A stretch of DNA of 64,000 bases from NCBI GenBank assembly GCA_965261395.1, contig OZ253462.1, positions 2,240,001 through 2,304,000 of the forward strand, given 5' to 3'. The notes under the pieces were generated by a model, which ran no database searches, was not told the origin of the DNA, and saw nothing but the letters and a program-made list of their open reading frames with translations. Positions within the stretch are counted from its first letter, which is position 1; the number at the start of each line of letters is the position of its first letter. The DNA is from Candidatus Latescibacterota bacterium (lineage in GTDB: Bacteria; Latescibacterota; UBA2968; UBA8231). Made by a program: the position numbers and the translations under genes. Shown here one piece after another: positions 1 through 8,983 of this stretch.

Positions 1-9
1 CTCTACCTG

Positions 10-729
10 ATGGCCGACCTGAGCGTTTTCTCGGTCCTATCCCTGTTTCGCCGCGATCAGATCCGCCGGGGCAGCTTTGGCGAGCAAGCGTACGCGATTG
101 GCGCGCAGGCCCTGCAAATCGTCGGACTGGTTCTCTTTCTCGTCGGCGCGGTTTCGGCCCTTCAGTCCGCGGCCCAGCTCCGCCAGTTCGGGGCCGATAT
201 TTTCGTCGCCAACCTGCTGGGCATTGGCCTGACCCGCGAGTTGGGGCCGCTGATGACCGCGATCATGGTGTCTGGCCGCTCCGGGTCGGCCATTGCCGCC
301 GAGATCGCCACCATGAAGTTCACCGAGGAATTGGACGCCTTGCAGACTATGGGGATCGACCCGCTGCGCTTTGTGGCCGTGCCCAAGCTGTGGGCCATGA
401 TTGTCTGCATGCCGCTTTTGACGATCATGGCCGACTTTGTTGGCATCCTCGGCGGCACCTTCATCGGCATGGTGTCGCTGGACATCCCGGCTACTGTGTT
501 TCTCAACCAAGTCTTCTCGTCGCTCTTCCTCAAGGACTTGCTCACCGGGCTGGTCAAAAGCGCGTCTTTTGCGTGGCTTATCACGATCATCTCGGTTTAC
601 CACGGCCTCAATTTCAGCGGCGGGGCCGAAGGCGTCGGCCGGGCAACGACCTCGGCGGTCGTGTCGTCGCTGTTCGGCATCATTGTCCTCGACGCTTTTT
701 GGGGCATTGTCTTTTATTTCAAATGGTGA
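10..729 (+). CDS. mlaE: ABC transporter permease, MlaE/Ttg2B family (probably 5'-truncated by the window edge)
   Basis: RELGPLMTAIMVSGRSGSAIAAEIATMKFTEELDAL and GAEGVGRATT motifs; hydrophobic; overlaps the following ABC ATPase. Confidence 0.85.
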   Translation: MADLSVFSVLSLFRRDQIRRGSFGEQAYAIGAQALQIVGLVLFLVGAVSALQSAAQLRQFGADIFVANLLGIGLTRELGPLMTAIMVSGRSGSAIAAEIATMKFTEELDALQTMGIDPLRFVAVPKLWAMIVCMPLLTIMADFVGILGGTFIGMVSLDIPATVFLNQVFSSLFLKDLLTGLVKSASFAWLITIISVYHGLNFSGGAEGVGRATTSAVVSSLFGIIVLDAFWGIVFYFKW

Positions 730-1469
730 CCCACGCCATCGACATCCAAGACCTCTGCGTGTCCTACGGCGAGACGGCCGTCCTGCGCGGGATTGACGCG
801 CACGTGGATGAGGGGGAAATCGCCGTCGTGCTCGGTGGCAGCGGCTGCGGCAAGAGCACCTTGCTCAAGGCGATCATCGGCTTGGTGCAACCCGCCTCGG
901 GCCGCGTCGAAATCCTCGGCCAAGACGCGACGGCCCTCGGCGAGGAAGAGCTGGCGGCCCTGCGCAAGCGGTTGGGCGTGATGTTTCAATACGGCGCGCT
1001 GCTCAACTCGTTGACGGTTGAGCAAAACGTCGCCCTGCCCTTGGAAATGCACACGGACCTAGAGCCGGCCCTGATTGGGGAGATCGCGCGCACTCGGCTC
1101 GCCTCGGTGGGCTTAGGGCACGCTTGCGACCGCTATCCAGGCGAGTTGTCGGGCGGGATGCGCAAACGCGCCGCTCTCGCACGGGCCATGGTCATGGACC
1201 CGGAGATTCTCTTCTGCGACGAGCCGGGCGCGGGCCTTGACCCGGTCACCGCCGCCGAAATCGACGCGCTGCTCCTCACGCTCAACCGCGAGCTGGGCAT
1301 CACCCTCGCCATTGTCACCCACGAGTTGCTCAGCATCGAGCGGCTCGACGGCCGTCTAATCATGCTCGACCAAGGTCTCGTAGCATTTACCGGCACGGTT
1401 GCCGAGGCCAAGTGCTCGGAGCATCCGGTCGTCCGCTCTTTCTTTCACCCATCCGATTCGTCCGCATGA
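723..1469 (+). CDS. mlaF: ABC transporter ATP-binding protein, MlaF family
   Basis: Walker A GGSGCGKST, signature LSGGMRKR, Walker B ILFCDEP; ATG at 723 overlaps the permease end (ORF-track start at 390 is an over-extension). Confidence 0.85.
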   Translation: MVTHAIDIQDLCVSYGETAVLRGIDAHVDEGEIAVVLGGSGCGKSTLLKAIIGLVQPASGRVEILGQDATALGEEELAALRKRLGVMFQYGALLNSLTVEQNVALPLEMHTDLEPALIGEIARTRLASVGLGHACDRYPGELSGGMRKRAALARAMVMDPEILFCDEPGAGLDPVTAAEIDALLLTLNRELGITLAIVTHELLSIERLDGRLIMLDQGLVAFTGTVAEAKCSEHPVVRSFFHPSDSSA

Positions 1470-1942
1470 AAACCATCATCATCGCCGCCCTGAGCGAGAA
1501 CAGGGTCATTGGCCGCGACAATGCCATCCCGTGGCACTGCCCGGCCGACATGCAGCACTTCCGCCGCGTCACTCGGGGCCAAGCGGTCGTGGCTGGCCGC
1601 AAAACCTACGAGACCTTTCAGACGCGTCCCTTGCCCCAGCGCCTCAACTTCGTCCTCACCCGCAATCCGGCTTACGCGGTCGCCGAGGGCGTAGTTGTTT
1701 GCGCGAGCTTGGCCGAGGTTTTGCAGCGCGCCCGTGCCCACGGCAGCGAAAAACTCTTCGTACTCGGGGGTGCCCAAGTCTATGCGCAGGCCCTGCCCTT
1801 GGCCGACGAAATGATTCTGACGCACCTGCCCATCGAAGTCGAAGGCGACGCGTACTTTCCGGCGTGGGACGAAAGCGAATGGGAGGTGTCGAAAAGGCGC
1901 AGCGAAGGCGAGCTGATATTTGCGAACTATCGCCGCCGCTGA
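1466..1942 (+). CDS. folA: Dihydrofolate reductase
   Basis: IIAALSENRVIG, IPW, GRKTYE, RPLPQRLNFVLTR, LGGAQVY, EGDAYFP; ATGA overlap with the upstream stop. Confidence 0.93.
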   Translation: MKTIIIAALSENRVIGRDNAIPWHCPADMQHFRRVTRGQAVVAGRKTYETFQTRPLPQRLNFVLTRNPAYAVAEGVVVCASLAEVLQRARAHGSEKLFVLGGAQVYAQALPLADEMILTHLPIEVEGDAYFPAWDESEWEVSKRRSEGELIFANYRRR

Positions 1943-1982
1943 GTTAGAATTTTCACCCCAAACCTCTAAGAGAAGGCAGATC

Positions 1983-3167
1983 ATGTTTCAACAGTTAGCA
2001 ATGGCGCCTGCCGACCCCATTATGGGGCTGAGCGCGGAGTTCAAGAGCAACGCGAATCCAAACAAAATCAACCTCAGCGTTGGCGTCTATCAGGATGCGA
2101 GCGGCCAGACGCCGGTTTTGGCTGCGGTGCAAACGGCGCAGGAGCGCGTCTTGGCCGCGGAAAAGACCAAGAGCTATCTGAGCATTGAGGGCAGCGCGGA
2201 ATACGGTGCTGCCGTGCGGGAGCTAATTTTGGGCGTCGGGCACGAGGCGGCTGAACGCGCCATCACTGTGCAAAGCCCCGGTGGCACCGGAGCCTTGCGT
2301 CTAGCTGGCGATTTCCTCGCTCAGAATCTAGGCGACCGGTCCCTGTGGATAAGCGAGCCGACTTGGGCCAATCACCCCAAAATCTTTGCCTCAGCCGGCC
2401 TACGGGTCGAGACCTATCCCTATTTCGACGCCCGTGCCAACCGCATCGACGCCGACGCCTTGCTCGCCGCACTCGAGCAAATACCCTCCGGCCACGTAGT
2501 GCTGCTGCACGGCTGTTGCCACAACCCCACCGGCTGCGACCCCACCCCAGACACTTGGCGGCAGATCGCTGAGGTCGTCGCCGAGCGCGGCCTGTTGCCC
2601 TTAGTGGATTTTGCCTATCAGGGGTTTGGCGATGGGTTATGCGAGGACGCGATAGGCCTGCGGGCACTCTGCGACACCGGCTGCGAGCTGCTCGTGGCCA
2701 GTTCCTTTTCCAAAAACTTTGGCCTGTACAACGAGCGCGTCGGTGCTCTGACTTTGATCGGCGCGGACGCTGAGGTCGCACTTAGAGCCTTGAGCCACCT
2801 CAAAATCGCCGCGCGCACCAGTTATTCCAATCCCCCGGCCCACGGCGCGGCCATGGTCCGCGAAGTCCTTGGCGACTCAGGGCTGCGCCGCCAGTGGGAA
2901 GGCGAATTGGCGCAGATGAGCGAGCGGATCAATCGCGTGCGCCAACGCCTCGTCGCTCGGCTCAGCGAGCAGGGCGTGGAGCGCGACTTTTCGTTTATCA
3001 AGCGGCAGCGGGGGATGTTCTCTTTCTCGGGCTTGAACGCCGAGCAGGTCGAGGTGCTGCGAGAACAGTACGCGATCTACATCGTAGCGGGAGGGCGCAT
3101 CAACGTCGCCGGCCTGACGGAGGACAACCTCGATTACTTCTGCGCCGCGGTGGCTGCTGTCTTGTAG
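1983..3167 (+). CDS. aspC: Aspartate/aromatic amino acid aminotransferase (class I PLP)
   Basis: APADPIMGL, INLSVGVY, PGGTGAL, HGCCHNPTG, DFAYQGFG, SFSKNFGLYNERVG (PLP Lys), GRINVAG. Confidence 0.9.
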   Translation: MFQQLAMAPADPIMGLSAEFKSNANPNKINLSVGVYQDASGQTPVLAAVQTAQERVLAAEKTKSYLSIEGSAEYGAAVRELILGVGHEAAERAITVQSPGGTGALRLAGDFLAQNLGDRSLWISEPTWANHPKIFASAGLRVETYPYFDARANRIDADALLAALEQIPSGHVVLLHGCCHNPTGCDPTPDTWRQIAEVVAERGLLPLVDFAYQGFGDGLCEDAIGLRALCDTGCELLVASSFSKNFGLYNERVGALTLIGADAEVALRALSHLKIAARTSYSNPPAHGAAMVREVLGDSGLRRQWEGELAQMSERINRVRQRLVARLSEQGVERDFSFIKRQRGMFSFSGLNAEQVEVLREQYAIYIVAGGRINVAGLTEDNLDYFCAAVAAVL

Positions 3168-3191
3168 GGGCGACCGGCCGGTCGCCCCTAC
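3164..3191. repeat. 28-bp perfect palindrome GTAGGGGCGACCGGCCGGTCGCCCCTAC, REP-like
   Basis: Self-complementary over its whole length; begins with GTAG on both strands; lies between convergent genes and contains both TAG stops. Confidence 0.75.
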
Positions 3192-4252
3192 TGCACGGAG
3201 AAACTCAGGGCGCGCACCAGTACCGGGGTGCCGGTGAGGATTTCCGCTTGGCTCGACAGGGTGTTGCCGTCGTCGTACACCATGGTCTCTGGCCGGCCTA
3301 GGGAAATGTCATCGTCGCCGCGCAAGACCGCGATGGGTTCGGGGTGCTGGAGAAATTCGATCAGTGCTGCATCGAGCATTTCCAGCCCGGTGAAGCGGTC
3401 GATTTGCCCTTCTCGCACCAGCGTGGCGAACTGCTCGTAAAACGGCGCGGCGTTTTCGGCCAATAGCTGCGGGCCGGCGAGGAAGTACAGGGTATAGACT
3501 TGATCGATTTCGTTGAAGGTGATCCAATTGTTCTCGCCGGGGCCGTATTCCACGATGTCCGAATAGACGAATTGTTCGTCAAATAAGGTTTCTAACGCGC
3601 CGTCAGAACTGCACAGAAAGGCGTGGACTTCGGCGTCTCGGCTTAGCTTGAAGCGCAGTTGCAGTTGGTCGCCTTGCTGCAATTGCACGCCCTCTGCCAG
3701 CTCGACGACCTGGGCGACGCCTCCTTCTTCGCGCTTGGCAATCAGGTGCAAATCTACTTCAATCGGCCCATGGCTCGTGCCGGTTACAAGCTGGCGTGAG
3801 GCGAGCTCATGGCGCACGTCCCGTTCCAAGATGCGGGTGGTGCGAGTTGCCACTAGCTCGCCGCTTTTCCGCTCGACTAAAAACATCCGCACATACATCC
3901 ACGGGGTATCCGCTTCGAGCCGTCCGCCCAACGCGAGTGCGGCGCGCCCCCCTTGCTTTAGGCCCACCAATTCCTCGTTGCGCCACCGCTTCCCGGTCGT
4001 ATCGACCAGCCCCACTGCAACCTCGGCCTTCATCAGCGCGGACAGCAAATAATCGTTGAGTACCTTGGTCTGCTCGGTCTGCACGCCAGCGGGGTCGCGC
4101 AAGCCCAGCCAGTCAACCTCGCCCTCCCGAGCCTCGACGATTGCCACGAGGTCTTGAGCCGCAGTCGCTAGTTGACGGCTTTGCTCGCGCCCGCCGATAA
4201 AGGGCACACAGCCGCCAAGCGAGAGGATGAGCGCAATTACTAGCCCAGCCAT
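3188..4252 (-). CDS. Hypothetical lipoprotein, possible DUF4384-like C-terminal domain
   Basis: Lipobox-like LSLGGC after a hydrophobic N-terminus; LQQGDQLQLRFKLSRDAEVHAF resembles DUF4384. Confidence 0.55.
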   Translation of the reverse strand: MAGLVIALILSLGGCVPFIGGREQSRQLATAAQDLVAIVEAREGEVDWLGLRDPAGVQTEQTKVLNDYLLSALMKAEVAVGLVDTTGKRWRNEELVGLKQGGRAALALGGRLEADTPWMYVRMFLVERKSGELVATRTTRILERDVRHELASRQLVTGTSHGPIEVDLHLIAKREEGGVAQVVELAEGVQLQQGDQLQLRFKLSRDAEVHAFLCSSDGALETLFDEQFVYSDIVEYGPGENNWITFNEIDQVYTLYFLAGPQLLAENAAPFYEQFATLVREGQIDRFTGLEMLDAALIEFLQHPEPIAVLRGDDDISLGRPETMVYDDGNTLSSQAEILTGTPVLVRALSFSVQ

Positions 4253-4253
4253 T

Positions 4254-5960
4254 TCACTTTTCCAGCCGCCGCAAAACGGGCAATAGCATATCCTCGGCCA
4301 CGCGCTCCCAACTCATCTGCTGGGCCGCCGCATAGCCTTCGGCAAGCAATCTTTTGCGACCGGATTCGCCCGCAGACAACTGGCTGGCCAAGGCGCTGGC
4401 TACCACTTGGCTTTGCAATGCTTCGGCCTGTGTGCGTTCCCGCACTCCAATCGGTTGGCCGACGCGGTCGGCCTCGTCGATCTGGGTATAGGCTCCCTCG
4501 ATAAAGCTGCCCAACCCCGCCTCGCTGGCTGCCTGGCGCACAAAGCCGCGGCAACCGCACACATCGCTGACCACGCTGATGGTGCCAGAGCTTAAGCACT
4601 CGACTTGGGAGATGCCGAAAGGCTCGTAAATCGACTGCCCGAACTCCACGTCGCTGCCTCGGCGCAAGTCGGCAAACTCCGCATTGGCCGGCAGGAACGC
4701 GCAGCTTTGCTGGTCCCAGCCGAATTGGTTGACGAAAAGCGCCTTGACGGCGCGCGTGCGCGCATTAAAGGCGCGGACTAAAAGGTCGAATTTTAGTTCG
4801 CCGCTGCTGAGGTCGCTCCCCCCCTCGCGGTGAACTAGCGGCCAACCGTAAGCGGCCATGCGCTGGACGGCCTCGGGATCGCGGCGGCCAGTCTCGGTCG
4901 CTAATGCGATAAAAAGCGCCCGTTGCCCCTGCTCCCACAGGTGGTGATCCAAGTGTTCAAGCACCAGCAAATCGCGCCACAACCCTTTGCTCTCGACTAG
5001 GCGCGCGACGTGCGTGAAGACTAGATCTGGGGTCCAACCCAAGAGCGCGGCCCCGCTGGCCTGCACCTTTTCCCGCGCTGCTTCCCGCTCGACAGTAGAC
5101 AGCTCGACGGCTGGCACTCCGTTATATACGAGGTCGATGGGACGAGCGGCGAATTCCGGCCCGAGAAAGCGCAGCTCGTCCTCCACCCAATCGCCGACGG
5201 CGAGGACTGCGTCGAGACGCCAGGCTTGGCTGACGAGGGCGTGTTTGAAATAGCCGTCTTGGGGGCCGAATAGCTCGTCGATGTACTGGCCGTTTGCTCG
5301 CGCTTGGCGCAGCGCATTGTAAAAGGCAATGTCGCGCCCGGGCCGCTCCTCCACCAAGGGCCGCACGGTGGCCACTTCGTGCGCGTAGAACAGGGTCTTA
5401 CACGCCGCATCGCTCATCAGGGCCTTAAAGGCGGTACCTAGCCCCATGAATTCATGCGCCAACAGCAAGAAGGGCGCGTCTCCGACTAGGAAGCACACGG
5501 CCGCGAAGCCCGGCCCGGCCAAGCGCATGTATTGCTCGTATTCCCAGTGCTGTTCGTAGCGGTGCGATTCGAGGCCAAAGTGGAGGAATAGGTCGCGTTT
5601 GAATTCATTCAGTCGCTGAGGCGGGCGGCTTACATCCACTAGCAGAACTTCTGGCGAGGCTTGGTGCCCGTCTTGGGTCAGCAAGCGTCGGCCATAGACC
5701 AATCGCACGCCAAACTCCCGCTCGACCGCACTGAGTCGGTCGGCGACATTGGCGTCGCGGATGCTGCGGCTGGCGTCGTAGAGGATCTCGCCGTCCGGGC
5801 CGAGCGGTTGGGCACTGTCTGGATCGGTTAAGGGGCCGAGCAGGATCGTGCGCTGGCAATGGGCTTGGTAGCTGCGGGCTGTGATCAGACCGCGCAGGAC
5901 CGTGCCGATTCCACCGGCTTGCTGCACGGCTTCGTGCGTGACGTGGACGAGCGTGGCCAT
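4254..5960 (-). CDS. GT-B glycosyltransferase resembling GT3-type glycogen synthase
   Basis: VTHEAVQQAGGIGTV, AHEFM, YNGV, SKG, SIYEPFGISQVE motifs; alternative start at 5972. Confidence 0.65.
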   Translation of the reverse strand: MATLVHVTHEAVQQAGGIGTVLRGLITARSYQAHCQRTILLGPLTDPDSAQPLGPDGEILYDASRSIRDANVADRLSAVEREFGVRLVYGRRLLTQDGHQASPEVLLVDVSRPPQRLNEFKRDLFLHFGLESHRYEQHWEYEQYMRLAGPGFAAVCFLVGDAPFLLLAHEFMGLGTAFKALMSDAACKTLFYAHEVATVRPLVEERPGRDIAFYNALRQARANGQYIDELFGPQDGYFKHALVSQAWRLDAVLAVGDWVEDELRFLGPEFAARPIDLVYNGVPAVELSTVEREAAREKVQASGAALLGWTPDLVFTHVARLVESKGLWRDLLVLEHLDHHLWEQGQRALFIALATETGRRDPEAVQRMAAYGWPLVHREGGSDLSSGELKFDLLVRAFNARTRAVKALFVNQFGWDQQSCAFLPANAEFADLRRGSDVEFGQSIYEPFGISQVECLSSGTISVVSDVCGCRGFVRQAASEAGLGSFIEGAYTQIDEADRVGQPIGVRERTQAEALQSQVVASALASQLSAGESGRKRLLAEGYAAAQQMSWERVAEDMLLPVLRRLEK

Positions 5961-6071
5961 ACTAAAAAACATAGATCGCCGGGCATTTTCTGTCTAATGT
6001 CAGCAGTGCGACCAGACTTTGCGTACATTTTTCAAACTCTGTGAACCAGCAACTTTCTTTTGGGAAACAAA

Positions 6072-6941
6072 ATGGTCACAAACTGCTCCGCTCCACTGCC
6101 CTCCGCCGCGTATGACCAGCTCATCGACCTAGCCTTGCGAGAAGACCTCGGTGCCGTAGATGTAGAAGCCGATCTGACCGCTGCTTGGACCGTGGCGGGC
6201 GATGCCGAAGCTCGCGCTCGCATCATCGCCCGCCAAACCGGCGTCGTCGCGGGCATCGAGGTTGCCCGCGCGGTCTTTGCTCGTCTCGACGGGAGCATTG
6301 CTGTGTGCGCCGAAGTCGCCGACGGGGACAAGGTCGCAGCAGGCCAGACCCTCGTCCGCTTGCAGGGCCGCGCGCGCGCGCTCTTGGCTGGGGAGCGCAC
6401 TGCGCTCAATTTCTTGCAACAGCTTTCGGGCGTGGCCACCCTGACCCAGTGCTATGTGGAGGCCCTAGCCGGCACGGCCACGCGCATCACCGACACCCGC
6501 AAAACTACCCCAGGCTGGCGGCACTTACAGAAGTGGGCCGTGCGCATGGGCGGCGGCGTCAATCACCGCATGGGCCTGTACGACGCCGTGTTGATCAAGG
6601 AAAACCACGCCGCAGCCGCTGGCGGCGTCAGCGCTGCCATCCGCGAGGCACGGGGCCAAGCAGCGCCGATCTACGTGGAAGCCGAAAATATCGGGGAGGT
6701 CGAGGAGGCTCTTGCGGGCGGCCCGGACCGCATCCTGCTCGACAACATGGACGCACCGACCCTGCGCCGGGCCGTAGCGCTCATCCGCGCCGCCAATCCC
6801 GCCATTGAGATTGAGGCCACCGGCGGTTATACCTTGGCGACCGTGCGCGAGGCTGCGGCCGCCGGTGTGGACCTCGTCTCGATCGGTGCCCTGACGCATT
6901 CGGCACCGGCGTTGGATCTGAGCATGCTTTTTGAGAAATAA
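6072..6941 (+). CDS. nadC: Nicotinate-nucleotide pyrophosphorylase (quinolinate phosphoribosyltransferase)
   Basis: GERTALNFLQ, DTRKTTPG, NHRMGLYDAVLIKENH, ILLDNM, SIGALTHS. Confidence 0.95.
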   Translation: MVTNCSAPLPSAAYDQLIDLALREDLGAVDVEADLTAAWTVAGDAEARARIIARQTGVVAGIEVARAVFARLDGSIAVCAEVADGDKVAAGQTLVRLQGRARALLAGERTALNFLQQLSGVATLTQCYVEALAGTATRITDTRKTTPGWRHLQKWAVRMGGGVNHRMGLYDAVLIKENHAAAAGGVSAAIREARGQAAPIYVEAENIGEVEEALAGGPDRILLDNMDAPTLRRAVALIRAANPAIEIEATGGYTLATVREAAAAGVDLVSIGALTHSAPALDLSMLFEK

Positions 6942-6972
6942 AAGCGAACTGATACTACATTTTTGCAGAGCG

Positions 6973-7446
6973 CTAATCGTCCCGCCATTTGCAATAGGGA
7001 TTGCGCACGAGATTGGCGTTGTAATAGCGTGGATCGTCCGATACTTCGACGCCGGCCCAAGGCGGTTTCTCCACAGCCTCATCTTGGCTACTCAGCTCGA
7101 CTTCGGCGAGCACCAACCCCTCATTTTCTCCAGAAAACACGTCGATGGACCAAACCCTGCCCGCCCAAGACAAGGTGTAGCGCGTCTTTTCGATATGGGG
7201 CCGCTGGCACAGGGTTGCTAGGATGCTCTCGGCGTCTTGGCGCGGGATTTCGTATTCGTACTCGCGGCGCGCGATGCCGCTAGTTGGCCCCTTGAGCGTG
7301 AGTACCGCTCGCTCGCCTTCAATCCGCACGCGCACCACGCCTTCGTCTTGGATGGGAATATAGCCCTGCCGGAAGGCGACGCCTTCTAACTGGTCGAGGC
7401 AAGAGCGGTCGGCCACGAGATACTTGCGCTCGATTTCCCAGGGCAT
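6973..7446 (-). CDS. CYTH domain protein (triphosphate tunnel metalloenzyme)
   Basis: EIERKYLV (ExExK), RVRI, LTLKG, EYEYEI, EKTRY, AEVEL. Confidence 0.88.
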   Translation of the reverse strand: MPWEIERKYLVADRSCLDQLEGVAFRQGYIPIQDEGVVRVRIEGERAVLTLKGPTSGIARREYEYEIPRQDAESILATLCQRPHIEKTRYTLSWAGRVWSIDVFSGENEGLVLAEVELSSQDEAVEKPPWAGVEVSDDPRYYNANLVRNPYCKWRDD

Positions 7447-7486
7447 CGCTCGTCTCCCCAATTTGTCTCACATACTACCGATATGG

Positions 7487-7816
7487 TCATGGCGTGTGCT
7501 CTTCTACGTGCTTGGCCAAGCCGCGGGCTAAGTCGCCGCGTAAAACGCCGATCACTTGGGCGTCCTCGCGGCCAAAGCTCTGAGTCAGCACTTCCATTAC
7601 CTGTACTTGAAAGACGCGCGTACCTCCGTGCTCCAAGCGAGCCAGTTCGCGCAGCGTCCGCTGGGCAAGGTCGCTGCTGGCAAAGACAAAGGCCAACCCC
7701 TTGGCGCGGCGCACGGCCGACAGGCCGACGACCGTGGCCCCAGAGCGGCAGCCGATCCCCAAAAGCGCGGACAGTTGCGCGGTTGGGTTGAGGCGGGGCA
7801 GTACCTGCTCAGACAA
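7487..7816 (-). CDS. L7Ae/L30e-like RNA-binding protein
   Basis: LLGIGCRSGATVVG, FVFASSD, LTQSFGR, VIGV pattern of the YlxQ/L7Ae family. Confidence 0.6.
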   Translation of the reverse strand: MSEQVLPRLNPTAQLSALLGIGCRSGATVVGLSAVRRAKGLAFVFASSDLAQRTLRELARLEHGGTRVFQVQVMEVLTQSFGREDAQVIGVLRGDLARGLAKHVEEHTP

Positions 7817-8828
7817 AGGCCGGCGTGATGGGGGCTGATCCGCGCGCCGCCGAAATGTTGGCTGCTTCGAGCACGCCGATTACCCGGCCTGCGGATTCGG
7901 GGGTAATGACGAGGTCGGCGCGGCCCTGCAGATGCGCGAAAACGTTTTCGTAGTACGCGTTCCAATTGGACTCGGCGAAGGGCACCTCGGTGCTCATCTG
8001 GCGGCCGTTGATCAGCGTCTTGACGAGGTACTTGCCGCCCACATCCTCGATCATGCCCTGCGTGCCCAGCACTCGCCAGCGCGGCCGCGGACTCATCGAC
8101 AAGTTGGACATGGTCAGGGTGACGGTGCAACCGCTTTGGAAGCGCAACGTGTATTCGGAGTGGTCCTCGTTGTCGTATTTTTTCCACGCGGGATTTTTGA
8201 CTTGATAGCCACTGACTGAGGCGATTTTTTCCGGGACGATATTCAAAATCCAATCCGTAAAATGCGCGCCCCAGTCGTAGATGGCTCCGCCGGAGATTTT
8301 GCGGTTGGAGCGCCACCAAGTCCCCTGCTCGCCGTAGCCGTAAAATCCGGCCTCGATGCGGAAGACGCGGCCGATGATTTGCTCTTTGAGAATTAGATCG
8401 CGCAGCACCACAAAGTCGCCGTCCCAGCGCCGGTTGTGAAACGTCGAGATCAGGGCCTTGTTCTTTTTAGCCGCCGCCTGCATGCGCTTGACTTCGGCGC
8501 TGGTAATGGCGAGGGGCTTCTCGCAGACTACGTGTACCCCAGCGTCGAGGCACTGCACTGCTAGCTTGGCGTGCGTGTTGTGCGGGGTGATGATCGTCAC
8601 TAAGTCCAAGTTCGCGCTCCGCAGCATGGTGCCGACGCGGCCGTAGGTCTTGATGCCGGGGAAGTGCTCTTCGGCTACTTGACGCCGCTCGGGATCCAGT
8701 TCGCAAACAGCGGCCACTTCGACGCCCTCGTTTCTGGCCATGGAGGTCAGGTGCAACTGACCCATATTGAACGCGCCGCCGTAGCCTATGACACCGACGC
8801 GGAAGTGCTCCTGTTTTTTTGCCGCCAC
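7809..8828 (-). CDS. Gfo/Idh/MocA family oxidoreductase
   Basis: VGVIGYG, TPHNTH, VCEKP, FHNRRWD, GGAIYDWGAH. Confidence 0.9.
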   Translation of the reverse strand: MAAKKQEHFRVGVIGYGGAFNMGQLHLTSMARNEGVEVAAVCELDPERRQVAEEHFPGIKTYGRVGTMLRSANLDLVTIITPHNTHAKLAVQCLDAGVHVVCEKPLAITSAEVKRMQAAAKKNKALISTFHNRRWDGDFVVLRDLILKEQIIGRVFRIEAGFYGYGEQGTWWRSNRKISGGAIYDWGAHFTDWILNIVPEKIASVSGYQVKNPAWKKYDNEDHSEYTLRFQSGCTVTLTMSNLSMSPRPRWRVLGTQGMIEDVGGKYLVKTLINGRQMSTEVPFAESNWNAYYENVFAHLQGRADLVITPESAGRVIGVLEAANISAARGSAPITPAFV

Positions 8829-8983
8829 AGTGTGCTCCTCTGTTATCCGTTAAAGGTTTAAGACCGCGAATCTGCAAAATGTCGCTGTGCGAGTCAATGC
8901 GGTTGGTTTGTCCGTGCCCCAGTCTTTTACTATGTTGAACGCAACAAAATTGTCCCTTCCACAATCAAAATCCCATACGACAG

